Source: a virus (lineage: Duplodnaviria > Caudoviricetes). From it: a stretch of DNA of 39,117 bases. This document shows positions 1 through 9,853 of the stretch, piece by piece. Both the position numbers and the translations under genes were made by a program. The notes under the pieces were generated by a model. It was not told the DNA's origin. It saw only the letters and a program-made list of their open reading frames with translations, and did not search any database. The stretch is from positions 1-39,117 of IMG/VR virus record IMGVR_UViG_3300020718_000024. One strand, given 5' to 3'. Positions within the stretch are counted from its first letter, which is position 1, and each line of letters begins with the position of its first letter.

Positions 1-100
1 GTCCCACCACCAGTTGTGGTTGTGCCACCGCCCGTTGTCGTCGTCCCACCGCCTGTAGTTGTCCCACCACCCGTTGGCAACGTACCGCCGCCTGTTGTGG
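1..100 (-). repeat. Coding tandem repeat encoding GGG-T(3-4) units
   Basis: Five GGG blocks separated by short Thr-rich spacers, with codon variation between units. Confidence 0.75.
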
Positions 101-371
101 CATTAATTGCCGATCCCAAATAAGGGCCATTTTGAGGATTTTGAAGAAGCGCACTGGTGCGCGCAATGTTGACATTGTTCAACAACGGCATCAATTGTTG
201 ATACATCTCATTGCTTAAGTTTTGGCCCGTTCTATTGCCCGTGTCAGGATGCGTTACGGCCCCGTGGCTGCCTACGCCAGAATACGTGCTGCCATCCGCG
301 TTACCTTGATCTGCACCACCGGACGCTGGAGCGCCACTGTAGCTAAATAGTTGATCAAACATGTTCGCCAT
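1..371 (-). CDS. Partial (runs off left edge) Gly/Thr-rich protein, probably virion-associated
   Basis: Not in the ORF track. ATG at 369-371 preceded by GAGAGG, and the frame is open to the window edge: MANMFDQLFSYSGAPASGG...NATTGGGTLPTGGGTTTGGGTTTTGGGTTTTGGG. Confidence 0.75.
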   Translation of the reverse strand, partial: MANMFDQLFSYSGAPASGGADQGNADGSTYSGVGSHGAVTHPDTGNRTGQNLSNEMYQQLMPLLNNVNIARTSALLQNPQNGPYLGSAINATTGGGTLPTGGGTTTGGGTTTTGGGTTTTGGG

Positions 372-401
372 TTTAGTGCCTCTCAATACGGGTTAGCATG
401 A

Positions 402-3400
402 TTATACCTTACCTTTTGCAATTCTTAAAGCATGGACAATTGCATCATCATGCATATGAAGCATGGATTTCGTGTGACCATCCAATTCCCGTTTAGCGGC
501 TTTAAAAACCTTATCAACCTCAGGAATACGACCACCCGTTGCGCGGGTTACGCGACCGCCCTTATTTTGGAAGGTGCGGCCAGCCGTAGGCGCACTAGGA
601 GCCGTAGGGGCCTTAGCCATTACGCTTTGCGTATGATTAAGGAAATCGTTAACCGACATTCCTTGCAACTTATTTCCGGTAATTGCTTTTGGATTGATAC
701 CAGTGTCTTGAAGGCTAGAACCACCGTTTGACCGCAACACCTTCATCGCGTCATTCACACCCAACATATGGGCGGCATAAACATTTTGAGGCGATGTATC
801 AAATCCATTCGCCGCCAATGTTGCCATATTTTGCTGCGTAAGGTTTGTGACCAAATCCCTTTGCAAATTACGGTCAAGGACAATGTTCCTAAGTAATGTG
901 GAGTTAGAAACGCCCGAAGGATCTTGACTGGTATCCAAACCACCCGTGCTTACGTCGCCGGGATTAACTTGGCCCGTTGCCTGATTAAGCATTTCAGGAT
1001 GCGTCTGCGTTAGTTGGCTCAAAGCGGTCGCGGGGGTTAGTCCCCACGGTCCAAATGCACCGGAACTCATATTGTACGTATTTTGTCCGTACGAACTTTC
1101 CGGTCCCTGAATCTTATCAACTAAACTATTGACGTAATCCAAATGCGGCGTAGCGATTGATGAAGGGTCGCCTTGAGAAGGGGCGGCTCCAACGTTTCCG
1201 GAAACGTTTACATCCTTGCCAAAAGCAAATGGACTTACGTCTTGGCGGTTTGCCTTGTCATTTGCCGCCGCTTGTGAGTCACTGGATGCTTGTTGTGATT
1301 GCGAAACAGTATCGGCGCGAACGTTTTCGTTCCCACCCGAATCTCCACTGGAACCGCCTGTATCACCTTTATACCCACCAACGCTATCCCCAGCACGGAC
1401 ATCGCCGCCCTCGTCATAGCCCACGCGGCCACCCTCTTTGCGGCCCATAGCTGTAGCACCCGCTACCGTTGCGCGTTGACGTATAGCTTTGCCAAGATTG
1501 TCGTTAACAAACATTTTCGCTTTGTTGGACATATTCTGGTTTTGATATAAATCGCGATACGCCGCCTGAAGATCATCAATATTATTGGACTTCATTTGCT
1601 TCAATATGCGGCTAGCATATCTTCTTTGTGCGCTATCGGCGGAGAATTGAGCAATTTTGTTTAAAGCTTCCGCCCACAAACTGTGCGTCCCAATAAGAAG
1701 ATCCAACGGGGAAAATGTGAAGGCGGAAGGGGTGCGGCCCGTCATGCCATTAACAATCTTATTGGTATCATTTTGCAATGATTCCATTCGCGCAAAAGTT
1801 TCCATATGCTTAACTTCTTGCGGCCCAAAGATATTTGTTAATGCTTTACGGGCTTGAGCATTGTCAAAATACTTATTCACAATGGCCGAATTAAACCGAT
1901 CACCAATTTTTGCTTTGTTTAATAGGTTAAGCATAAACGCTTTTTGCATGAAGTTTTTTTCTTCAGCGCCAAGAATTTTTGAAACATTAACCAATTCGTG
2001 GACTTTTTTCGTGTCCCCAATGCTATTAATCAATCGGGTGGCCAATTTAGCAGCGTTCTCTTGATCGCGTTTGAAAACATATCCATTGTGTGCATTTGTA
2101 AATGCTTGGTTAAATACAGAACTTTTTGGGTTTTTAAGATCATTGACGATCTTTTCGCCCATAGCTTTTACGCCTTTTCCGGAGCCAAATTGGGTACCGC
2201 CAGATTGGGTAATTTTATTTTCACCAAGGATATTAAGTTCCCGTTGAAGTTGATCCAATACGCGAACATTGACTTTATTGGGGTCCACCGCAAATTTGAA
2301 TGGAACTTTATTCATTGCATTTTGAACAGAAGTAACACGTTTATCGGCAACATTTTTGGCGGCTAAATAATCGGCCCCCTCAACATCTTCACCCTGCGGA
2401 TGTTCGTAAAACATATTAAAAAGGTCTTTTTCTGATTTTCCCTCAAGGTCAGAAACATTGAATATTTTGTTTTGATATAAGGCTTCTTTATTGGCGTCAG
2501 ACAAACGCAAAGATCCAATTGGAAGATCAGGCAATAAGTTGCCGGTACCCGGCTCACGAATGACGCGGGAAAATGGTGAATTATAACCAGAAACAGTTTG
2601 GCCTAATTCCGTATCTGTATTCCGAATGGCTTGTTGAAAATCTGGGTTTTGCAAAAACCCGTTCCATTCTTTACTCCACTTGCCCAAACCATTGTTAGGG
2701 GCGTCGGAGATTTTATAATTGTCGTTATTAATCTCATTGCGGCGTCTTGTAGCGTCAGCCTCAAGATCCGCCAAATTCATGTGTTCATTGACGCCATACA
2801 TTCTGTCCAAAAAGTCGGAAAACCTATTCCCGGACGAACCAGCGCGGCTTTGATACATTTTCTGAATGGCATCAATCTGATCTTGGCTGCCATTTGAAAT
2901 AATATCATTAATATGATTTTGCCAAACATCACCGCCAATGTCTCCCCATTGCGGCATTTGGGTTGCTGCGGGGTCTTGCAAATTAGCGGTTCTTTGAGCT
3001 TGGAATTGGTCAAGATCCAATCCCTTCATTTCCTGAGGCGTTCCAGCATTCCGGGTATGGCCGTTTTGACGATCCTGCTCCCATACGTCCGCAAGACTTT
3101 TTGCAAACTGAGGATCTTTTTGGAAGAAGCTAGTCATCCATTCCGGCGCATGTTCAAGCGCAAGGTTTCCCGCTGCACCTGCCGCCCGTGCTCCGACGCC
3201 TAAACCAGCACCAAGTGCGCCACCAAGCACCGCACCCTGAGTGATACTTGTGTCGGCAGCATTTGGCTCCGTTCCAAAATACTTTTCACCCGCCGCAGAA
3301 GCTGCTCCATAACCAGCACCTTCCAATCCAAGGCCAGCTATGTCTGTTGCTGCGCGACCTAAGGTGGTCGTGGGGGCGATAACCGTTTCCAAACCCTTTG

Positions 3401-3869
3401 TAACTTCCCCAGCGGGCAATGCTAAAGAAGGGCCAAATTCCTGAGCGGCGGAAGCAATGGGCTGTTGTTCTTGTTGTGCGCGTTTTAACGCTTCTGAACG
3501 TGCTTGAATATTTTGCAACCGCTCCGCGTAATCTTTTGCGGGGCCATAATCACCACCAGATCCAATCCCAACCGCAGCCGCCAAATGATCCGCCGCATTA
3601 GCAACCAATGGGCCTACAAATGGAATTGAAGATGCGGGCATATTAACTCCCGCAGCCCCTTGTCTTTTTACCTGTTCTTCAGCAGCGGGGGTATAACCCT
3701 GTATTTTTTCTTCATACGCCGTTTGTTTTTGTTGTTTCTCATTAATAGCACCGTACGCATCTTCAAACGGGTTCCCCTCCTCAGAAGAAGATTGAGATTT
3801 TGAAGGCGCAGGGGCTACCTGCGAATCCATTGATCCGTATTGAGAGATAAACGGGTTTTGGTCGTCCAT
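402..3869 (-). CDS. Large internal virion/DNA-ejection protein with C-terminal lytic transglycosylase (SLT/lysozyme-like) domain and an internal alpha-CTD-like domain
   Basis: 1155 aa, GGAG-type SD. Ala/Gly-rich hydrophobic N-terminal segments. IQGPES...SSGAFGPWGL...YAAHMLG resembles phage SLT-like domains with a catalytic Glu. Lies downstream of the nozzle and GNAT genes as in podoviruses. Confidence 0.7.
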   Translation of the reverse strand: MDDQNPFISQYGSMDSQVAPAPSKSQSSSEEGNPFEDAYGAINEKQQKQTAYEEKIQGYTPAAEEQVKRQGAAGVNMPASSIPFVGPLVANAADHLAAAVGIGSGGDYGPAKDYAERLQNIQARSEALKRAQQEQQPIASAAQEFGPSLALPAGEVTKGLETVIAPTTTLGRAATDIAGLGLEGAGYGAASAAGEKYFGTEPNAADTSITQGAVLGGALGAGLGVGARAAGAAGNLALEHAPEWMTSFFQKDPQFAKSLADVWEQDRQNGHTRNAGTPQEMKGLDLDQFQAQRTANLQDPAATQMPQWGDIGGDVWQNHINDIISNGSQDQIDAIQKMYQSRAGSSGNRFSDFLDRMYGVNEHMNLADLEADATRRRNEINNDNYKISDAPNNGLGKWSKEWNGFLQNPDFQQAIRNTDTELGQTVSGYNSPFSRVIREPGTGNLLPDLPIGSLRLSDANKEALYQNKIFNVSDLEGKSEKDLFNMFYEHPQGEDVEGADYLAAKNVADKRVTSVQNAMNKVPFKFAVDPNKVNVRVLDQLQRELNILGENKITQSGGTQFGSGKGVKAMGEKIVNDLKNPKSSVFNQAFTNAHNGYVFKRDQENAAKLATRLINSIGDTKKVHELVNVSKILGAEEKNFMQKAFMLNLLNKAKIGDRFNSAIVNKYFDNAQARKALTNIFGPQEVKHMETFARMESLQNDTNKIVNGMTGRTPSAFTFSPLDLLIGTHSLWAEALNKIAQFSADSAQRRYASRILKQMKSNNIDDLQAAYRDLYQNQNMSNKAKMFVNDNLGKAIRQRATVAGATAMGRKEGGRVGYDEGGDVRAGDSVGGYKGDTGGSSGDSGGNENVRADTVSQSQQASSDSQAAANDKANRQDVSPFAFGKDVNVSGNVGAAPSQGDPSSIATPHLDYVNSLVDKIQGPESSYGQNTYNMSSGAFGPWGLTPATALSQLTQTHPEMLNQATGQVNPGDVSTGGLDTSQDPSGVSNSTLLRNIVLDRNLQRDLVTNLTQQNMATLAANGFDTSPQNVYAAHMLGVNDAMKVLRSNGGSSLQDTGINPKAITGNKLQGMSVNDFLNHTQSVMAKAPTAPSAPTAGRTFQNKGGRVTRATGGRIPEVDKVFKAAKRELDGHTKSMLHMHDDAIVHALRIAKGKV

Positions 3870-3881
3870 TTACCACTCCTA

Positions 3882-6800
3882 CTATTCAAAATAACGGGAA
3901 AGATTGTGAACCGCAAAGCGTGGGTCGCCCGTTTTGACATACAGATTGTGGACATATTGGTCAAAATACTCAGCCGATTTTGCGCCATACTTACGGTTCA
4001 TCAAATCCGTAATTGGGTTTGGATGCAAATTACCTTGTCCGGCAGGAGTTTTATCCGACAAATCCATAAGTGCAGCGATAGCTGAAGCATCCCGCGCATA
4101 TTCGCTTGGCGGGTTTGTTTTTTGGAACACATTCTCAGCATTCCAGCCCAAATTATTAGTCTTCTGATTATAATCAGTCGTAAACTTTTGCATGTCTTGC
4201 GCGCGCTTGCTTTGCGTAATCATGCTTGCAAGTAATGAACGCTGGGTTTCTGGTTGCAACGCACCTGTTGGGAATGCATTTTCCAAACCTTGCGTAATAA
4301 ACCCGGCATGGCGGCCTTGCTGGACTGACGCCCAAGTAGCAATCTTATTTGCCTGTTCTTGAGCGCTTAATTTATCAGACAAACCTAAATCATTGCCCGT
4401 CATTGCACCAACCGTTTGGGCATAGTTAGCCATACGGTCACGGAATGCTTTCTGAATACCAGAAGCAAGCAAGCCAGTTGAATCTTGAGACGCCACCACT
4501 TTTGTTAAGGTCTGAAGATCCTGCCTACCATTGTAAGCGGCGGTACCTTCTTTATTTGCGGTTTTCTGCGCTTCATCAGATTGTGTAGCTAATTGCTGTT
4601 GGCGCGGGCCATATTGAGCAGATACGTCATTATTGATCGCGTCAATTTCTTGCTGAATGGCCGCGTATTTTTTATCAGCGTTCATCCCGTCATCGCGAAC
4701 TGATCCATATGCAAAAGTTTGCAACGGTTGTGGTTTTGTTGGCGCAGAAGGGGCGTTTGGAGTTTGTGGGGTGCCTCCGCCAGATGGACCAGCACCACCG
4801 CCAGATGGGGTTGCTGCTGGGCCAGATTGACTTGCGGGTGGAACGTTAAATTCACCGCCGCCCGCCGATGGTATAGCCGGAGTTGGCTGTCCGCCTCCCA
4901 TACCGCCTATTGGAATTTGCTGCAATGAAATAGAGCCGTCTGGGTTCATAGTGCTTACTAAAGCGCCAGCGCGACCAAGTGTTGCACGTTTGGTAATCGC
5001 TTCGCCCTTTTGCGCTTCTGCCTGAGCCGCGCGTAAATTGCTTTCCGATGCAAGTTTCTGCGACTCAACCAATTGATTCGCATACGCATCAGCAGCCTTG
5101 GCTAATCCCATACCAAACGAACCCGGTGTTCCCATAAGGGTTGTACCAAACTTAAACATCGCGAGACGTTCTGGGTCATTTAAGCTGGGGAAAATACCAG
5201 ATAAAATACTCTTGTTTTGAGGCGTTTGATCCGCCGCTGGAGCGGAGGCATTCTTTGCATTAACATAAGGCATATCAGCTTGATTAGCACCAAGAAGACC
5301 TTGTTGACGTGCTACAGTCCAAGCATTTGCCCCATTCTTTGCAATTTCATTTGCGGTCCAATCCGACGTTTCTTGTAAGTGGGATGGATCGTTTATGTAT
5401 GCGGCCTTTTGTTGAGGCGTTAATTTTTCCGCCAAATCAGGATGCATTTCATTAAAAAAATCATCGCCTTTCCCGGGATTAGGATATTTGTCCGAAGCAC
5501 CACCTACGTGAAGTTGGAACGGACCTGCGGATGAATTATCATCACCTAATTTAAAACGGCGACCGCTTTCACCTTGCGATAATTTAACAAATTGATCCAC
5601 TGGGATACCAGCGTTTTTGGCGGACCCCTGTATTACCGATGTATCCGCTATTGGCGTGTCATCTGATGAATCATCTGATGAATCATCTGTCGCCGCACCA
5701 CCCGGCGCAAAATGTCCGACAACCCCACCACGCCGCATTCCGCTTAAAATATCAGCACTAGCGAAAGCTTCCTCAGATGGGGTTGCATCCGACGTTCCTG
5801 AACCAAAAGATTCTTGATTTAATTGCGATAAATCATCTTTTGTCACAAGACCGTACGCATAGGGGATAACACCGCCTTTGGCTTTCTCAATTCTACCACC
5901 GCGATTTGATGGATTGTCATCTTTGGTTAATGATTTGTCCAGAAAACCGCCCACATCCGTTTTGTCAACGGGCGTATCCATGCTTGACACAACGCCAGTG
6001 TAACCGGGTTCAGCGGGGGTTGTGTTGACGTTTGTCGTGCCTTCCAAGCCAGCGGCTATTGAGCTAATTAAATTTCCAAACACCCCGCCACTGTTAAATG
6101 CATAGCCCGGCCCACCGCCATTATTGTAAGGGCCGTTAGCCATGCTAGTGGTGTTGCCGCCCAATTTATTATTTACACCACCACTTGCCACCCTAGCTAA
6201 AGATGGATCAGGTGTTGTCGTTGATGCCGTAGTATTTGTCGGAGTTGTATTTGTCGTAGCAGCTACAACGCCAGTAGTTGGCGCGGGGCCTGTGACTGCT
6301 TTTGTTGGCAATGCAGCACCCGGCGTGGGTTGCAATGTACCAACATAAGCATTGTACGCATTCCGCAAATCATGCAGTGACGCATTGCCGGAATTAGCAA
6401 GAGCCATATATGTATTGTATGCCGCCTCAATAGGTTGATTAGCGGGATTATTGGTTGGGGCAACAGAATTGGCGGCTGATGGGACAACGCCACCACCATC
6501 ATAATGATTTACCGCACCACCTGATTTAAATCCTAATGCTTGGCCAAAAATACTATTTGTCCCCATTGATCCTATCGTGGTGCCAAGACCAAGAATTGTG
6601 GACCCTAATGCAGGCGTTGCGGCAGTACCTGTGGTTGTTCCACCCAATCCCGACGACGCACCTGATACAAGCCCGCCATAAAAACCCAATTGATTGTACG
6701 GGAATTGGTATTGATTGAGATACTGTTGATAAGCGGTTGAAAGATTTGCTTGCTGCTGTTGTTGTTCCGTTGCACCCGCCCCATATTGAGCTTGCGCTTG

Positions 6801-7472
6801 TTGCAATGCTGCAGTTTGACCAGCCGTCCCAAGATTTGCTAAGTTCATCGCGTTGGATGACAGCAAATTACGATTCTGCAATTGGTTTGTAATATCAACA
6901 CCTTGCTGTTGGTTAAATTCACCCAAAGCTTGGCCGTAACCTTGGCTAAGAAGGTTAGCAATCGTAGCATTGCCAGCTAAACCCTGTTGCCGCGCTAATT
7001 CAGCTTGAGCAATGCCCGCACGGTCACCACCAAATGCACCCCGTTGAATTGAATTGCCCAACACCTGTTGTTGTTGTTGGGCATTAGTTTGATTGATGTT
7101 TTGCACCGCAGAATTAACAACATCATTCATGTACGGTGACATGTATTGGTTAATTGCATCAGGCGAAAATTGCTGCATCTGCACAGGCGCGGCGGCACTT
7201 GTCGTCAACGCTGTCGCGGCGGCAAAATTAGGGTCAGTGTAACCCTGTAAATTTGTAATATTATTAATCGCGTTAATCTGTTCCGGCGTCTGTTGAGCGA
7301 CTAGTCCGGGGACAAATCCCGCATATGCTTGTGCGGTTGATGGGTCGTAATACGGAGCGCCCGTGCTTAAAAGTCCACCAGCCCTATTTATAAGGTCGGT
7401 ATAAGCAGCCGTTACCGCCGCAGGTGGTTGATATGTCGTGGTTGATGGACCGGGACTTAATAAACTACCCAT
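3882..7472 (-). CDS. Internal virion/DNA-ejection (pilot-like) protein with central lytic transglycosylase-like domain
   Basis: 1196 aa. Q/A-rich N-terminus with YMSPYMNDVV...GAFGGDRAGIAQAE as in podoviral ejection proteins. Muramidase-like motif set AKNAGIP...SQGES...SAGPFQLH...AWT at about 5300-5635. Confidence 0.7.
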   Translation of the reverse strand: MGSLLSPGPSTTTYQPPAAVTAAYTDLINRAGGLLSTGAPYYDPSTAQAYAGFVPGLVAQQTPEQINAINNITNLQGYTDPNFAAATALTTSAAAPVQMQQFSPDAINQYMSPYMNDVVNSAVQNINQTNAQQQQQVLGNSIQRGAFGGDRAGIAQAELARQQGLAGNATIANLLSQGYGQALGEFNQQQGVDITNQLQNRNLLSSNAMNLANLGTAGQTAALQQAQAQYGAGATEQQQQQANLSTAYQQYLNQYQFPYNQLGFYGGLVSGASSGLGGTTTGTAATPALGSTILGLGTTIGSMGTNSIFGQALGFKSGGAVNHYDGGGVVPSAANSVAPTNNPANQPIEAAYNTYMALANSGNASLHDLRNAYNAYVGTLQPTPGAALPTKAVTGPAPTTGVVAATTNTTPTNTTASTTTPDPSLARVASGGVNNKLGGNTTSMANGPYNNGGGPGYAFNSGGVFGNLISSIAAGLEGTTNVNTTPAEPGYTGVVSSMDTPVDKTDVGGFLDKSLTKDDNPSNRGGRIEKAKGGVIPYAYGLVTKDDLSQLNQESFGSGTSDATPSEEAFASADILSGMRRGGVVGHFAPGGAATDDSSDDSSDDTPIADTSVIQGSAKNAGIPVDQFVKLSQGESGRRFKLGDDNSSAGPFQLHVGGASDKYPNPGKGDDFFNEMHPDLAEKLTPQQKAAYINDPSHLQETSDWTANEIAKNGANAWTVARQQGLLGANQADMPYVNAKNASAPAADQTPQNKSILSGIFPSLNDPERLAMFKFGTTLMGTPGSFGMGLAKAADAYANQLVESQKLASESNLRAAQAEAQKGEAITKRATLGRAGALVSTMNPDGSISLQQIPIGGMGGGQPTPAIPSAGGGEFNVPPASQSGPAATPSGGGAGPSGGGTPQTPNAPSAPTKPQPLQTFAYGSVRDDGMNADKKYAAIQQEIDAINNDVSAQYGPRQQQLATQSDEAQKTANKEGTAAYNGRQDLQTLTKVVASQDSTGLLASGIQKAFRDRMANYAQTVGAMTGNDLGLSDKLSAQEQANKIATWASVQQGRHAGFITQGLENAFPTGALQPETQRSLLASMITQSKRAQDMQKFTTDYNQKTNNLGWNAENVFQKTNPPSEYARDASAIAALMDLSDKTPAGQGNLHPNPITDLMNRKYGAKSAEYFDQYVHNLYVKTGDPRFAVHNLSRYFE

Positions 7473-7941
7473 GACTGTTTACCCTTGCATAATCTTCGTT
7501 ATATAAAAAGAAAGATCCCGCTTTTGGGAAATGTCTTTCGTACAGTTTAACCTTTGCCTCAGTCCGGTGATTAGCCACAACGCCAATCACTAAAGGTATT
7601 TGCATTTCATCCGAACACTTTTTAGCAAAAGAAATCAACGATTTGACGCGAGTAGACCTGCGAAAATCAGGGTGAACAAAATTAAATAATTCATTGAGAT
7701 GAAAATCTTTCCCGTACCACAATTGGTCAATAATTAAACCAATCATAGCCTCAATTTGATCATCGCCAATAACCCCAACAATGCCTTTGCCATTACTTAT
7801 CATGTTTAAAATGATATCACGTGTTCGTTCTTCATCGTATTGAAAAACGCCATTTTCATCGTGCATCATTTTTAGCAGATCAATGATTTGATCCACATCA
7901 TCTTCAGTAGCTACCTTGACCTTATAATCAGTCATTCTCAA
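7465..7941 (-). CDS. GNAT-family acetyltransferase
   Basis: Motif A FVHPDFRRSTRVKSLI, N-terminal VATEDDVDQIIDLL and C-terminal KLYERHF. Position ahead of ejection genes as seen in podoviruses. Confidence 0.8.
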   Translation of the reverse strand: MRMTDYKVKVATEDDVDQIIDLLKMMHDENGVFQYDEERTRDIILNMISNGKGIVGVIGDDQIEAMIGLIIDQLWYGKDFHLNELFNFVHPDFRRSTRVKSLISFAKKCSDEMQIPLVIGVVANHRTEAKVKLYERHFPKAGSFFLYNEDYARVNSHG

Positions 7942-9422
7942 TCTCTTTTAGGGCCGGGGAGGTTTTTAAGCGTCTTAATCAAATGAGACCGAACATATTT
8001 AACAAAATTGTCCAATTTGTTGTGGCCTGTGTTTAAATTTCCGCCGCCGTACCGCGCGACATCATCGGGATGAACAACATATTCACCACCCGCCGCCACA
8101 ATAGGAACAGGGCGGTGTTTGCCCGATGTAACCACACCACCCGTCGCCCTTGAAGCTTGCGATAATGTTTCATTTCCGGGAACCGGAAACATCAAGCTTG
8201 GATAACGTGGATTAGCCCGGAAATCAGGGATTTTTGAGCCACCGGGCCCTTGAGAAAACATGCTGTCCAAAATCTTAGCACCCGCTAAGGTATTACCCTC
8301 ACCAAGACCAGAAACAATGTCCGCTGGTAACACATATGAACCTTCAAGAACGTTCATTGGGAGGTGGTCTGTGCGACCGCCTACCGCCATATGGATAATT
8401 CCCGTATGGCAAGGGGTTGCCTTTTCGCGCGCAAGTTTATCCGCCATTTCAACATGGCCGCCTGACGCATATCCCGCCCCCACTTCGGGGCCAGACGTTT
8501 TGCGGGTAGGTTGTTGATTTGGATTAAACGTAATGGCGTTTTTACCCGGCGTTTCAAAAGCACCGCGAATAAACTTTTCACCGCCATTCATGTCCGCTGG
8601 CTCCCAGATACGGGCAATATTAGCGGGATCAAGCTTTGACGTATCCGCACCAACACCAAGACGGCGCATCTGACCGCCGCCATGCTCAGTGTTTGGTTCC
8701 GTATAATAAATAGCTTGCTGCAATGGGCGGTTAGGGAACAACTTCATTGCTTCACCCAATGAACCCGGACGAGTATCATTTGGGTCGTTATTTAAATATG
8801 GCGCATTGGCATCAGCCGCTGGCTTCTGTTGAGGTACTACGCCCATATTTTTTGGACGAGCGGTTGGCATTGGAACTTTGCTATTAGGATATTGAGTATC
8901 CGTATTTGCCCCACCCATTGCAATCGTGGTGTTTTGGGGTGTATTGCCCGTCAAAGCTTTAATAAAAGGGTTTGGGGCAGGTGCGGCGGCGGGAGTTGCT
9001 GGCGCGGCTGGTGTTGTTGGAGCAGGTTGCCCCGTCAAAGCCCCCACCATTGTATTGCTTGATGAAGGGGCACCTTGTCCTGCGGGATTATTAGGGTGTG
9101 ACCAATGAAAAATATCCGTTAATTTTTCAAAAGTGGACTTTTCATGTGGTTTATACGCATATTCCGACCGATCTCGGGGGGTGATCGCTTGAGTTTTGGA
9201 CGTTTCGGCCGGGTATACGGTCGCACCCACATCATCCGCCGAACTTGGCGAATAGTTAAAAGAGGGGGCGGCATTGTACAAAGATTTGGCCGTATTTGTA
9301 ATATCGGTGCCTAAACGGCGGCTGAAATCAATCGCATTTGTGGGAAACAATCCCTGCAAATTTGGCCCGGTGGTATCTGGAAACGCATCGCGTTCGTCAC
9401 CGTATTGGAATGCGTCTGACAT
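7938..9422 (-). CDS. Putative internal virion protein with a duplicated C-terminal AxGG...G(E/S)YV domain
   Basis: Likely start is ATG 9422 (GGAG 6 nt upstream) rather than 9434. Pro/Ala/Thr-rich N-half; two related segments GSYVLPADIVSGLGEGNTLAGAKILD and GEYVVHPDDVARYGGGNLNTGHNKLD. Confidence 0.65.
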   Translation of the reverse strand: MSDAFQYGDERDAFPDTTGPNLQGLFPTNAIDFSRRLGTDITNTAKSLYNAAPSFNYSPSSADDVGATVYPAETSKTQAITPRDRSEYAYKPHEKSTFEKLTDIFHWSHPNNPAGQGAPSSSNTMVGALTGQPAPTTPAAPATPAAAPAPNPFIKALTGNTPQNTTIAMGGANTDTQYPNSKVPMPTARPKNMGVVPQQKPAADANAPYLNNDPNDTRPGSLGEAMKLFPNRPLQQAIYYTEPNTEHGGGQMRRLGVGADTSKLDPANIARIWEPADMNGGEKFIRGAFETPGKNAITFNPNQQPTRKTSGPEVGAGYASGGHVEMADKLAREKATPCHTGIIHMAVGGRTDHLPMNVLEGSYVLPADIVSGLGEGNTLAGAKILDSMFSQGPGGSKIPDFRANPRYPSLMFPVPGNETLSQASRATGGVVTSGKHRPVPIVAAGGEYVVHPDDVARYGGGNLNTGHNKLDNFVKYVRSHLIKTLKNLPGPKRD

Positions 9423-9487
9423 ATGAAACTCCACCTATCCGATAATTCTGTATAATTACACCTAAATTGCGTTTTTTGATAGCCCAA

Positions 9488-9853
9488 TTACGTATATGTC
9501 AAAGATACAATTGACCCCGTTCCTGTAACGATAGTCAGACCCGTCGTAAATGGCACTTGTATCTGGTAAATCCCAATCCCCAATGTGGCGGGTATGGCAT
9601 AAATACGGTTGCCCGTCAGTAGGGATGCATTGGCGGTGTCGTAAATGTATCCGGTGGTTGAACCCGCCGCTATTACGGAAATAGTAGCCAGCCAGCCAGA
9701 TGATGGCTTTATTACCTTGGTCGTTGCGGCGGCTATTTCTTTGGTGTTGTTCGTCCCAAAATAACCGTTTCTCAACCCATCGTAGTTAGCAATGGAGTTA
9801 AGGGCTACAACCCCGTTCTTTTGTGCGGATAGGATATCGTCAAGTGATGCGAT
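9488..9853 (-). CDS. Small virion structural protein (121 aa), apparently starting at a non-canonical ATC
   Basis: AGGAGG (9859-9864) lies 5 nt before ATC (9851-9853). Frame open: (M)ASLDDILSAQKNGVVALNSIANYDGLRNGY... followed by a beta-rich domain. The track's TTG start at 9775 lacks a comparable SD. Confidence 0.7.
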   Translation of the reverse strand: MASLDDILSAQKNGVVALNSIANYDGLRNGYFGTNNTKEIAAATTKVIKPSSGWLATISVIAAGSTTGYIYDTANASLLTGNRIYAIPATLGIGIYQIQVPFTTGLTIVTGTGSIVSLTYT

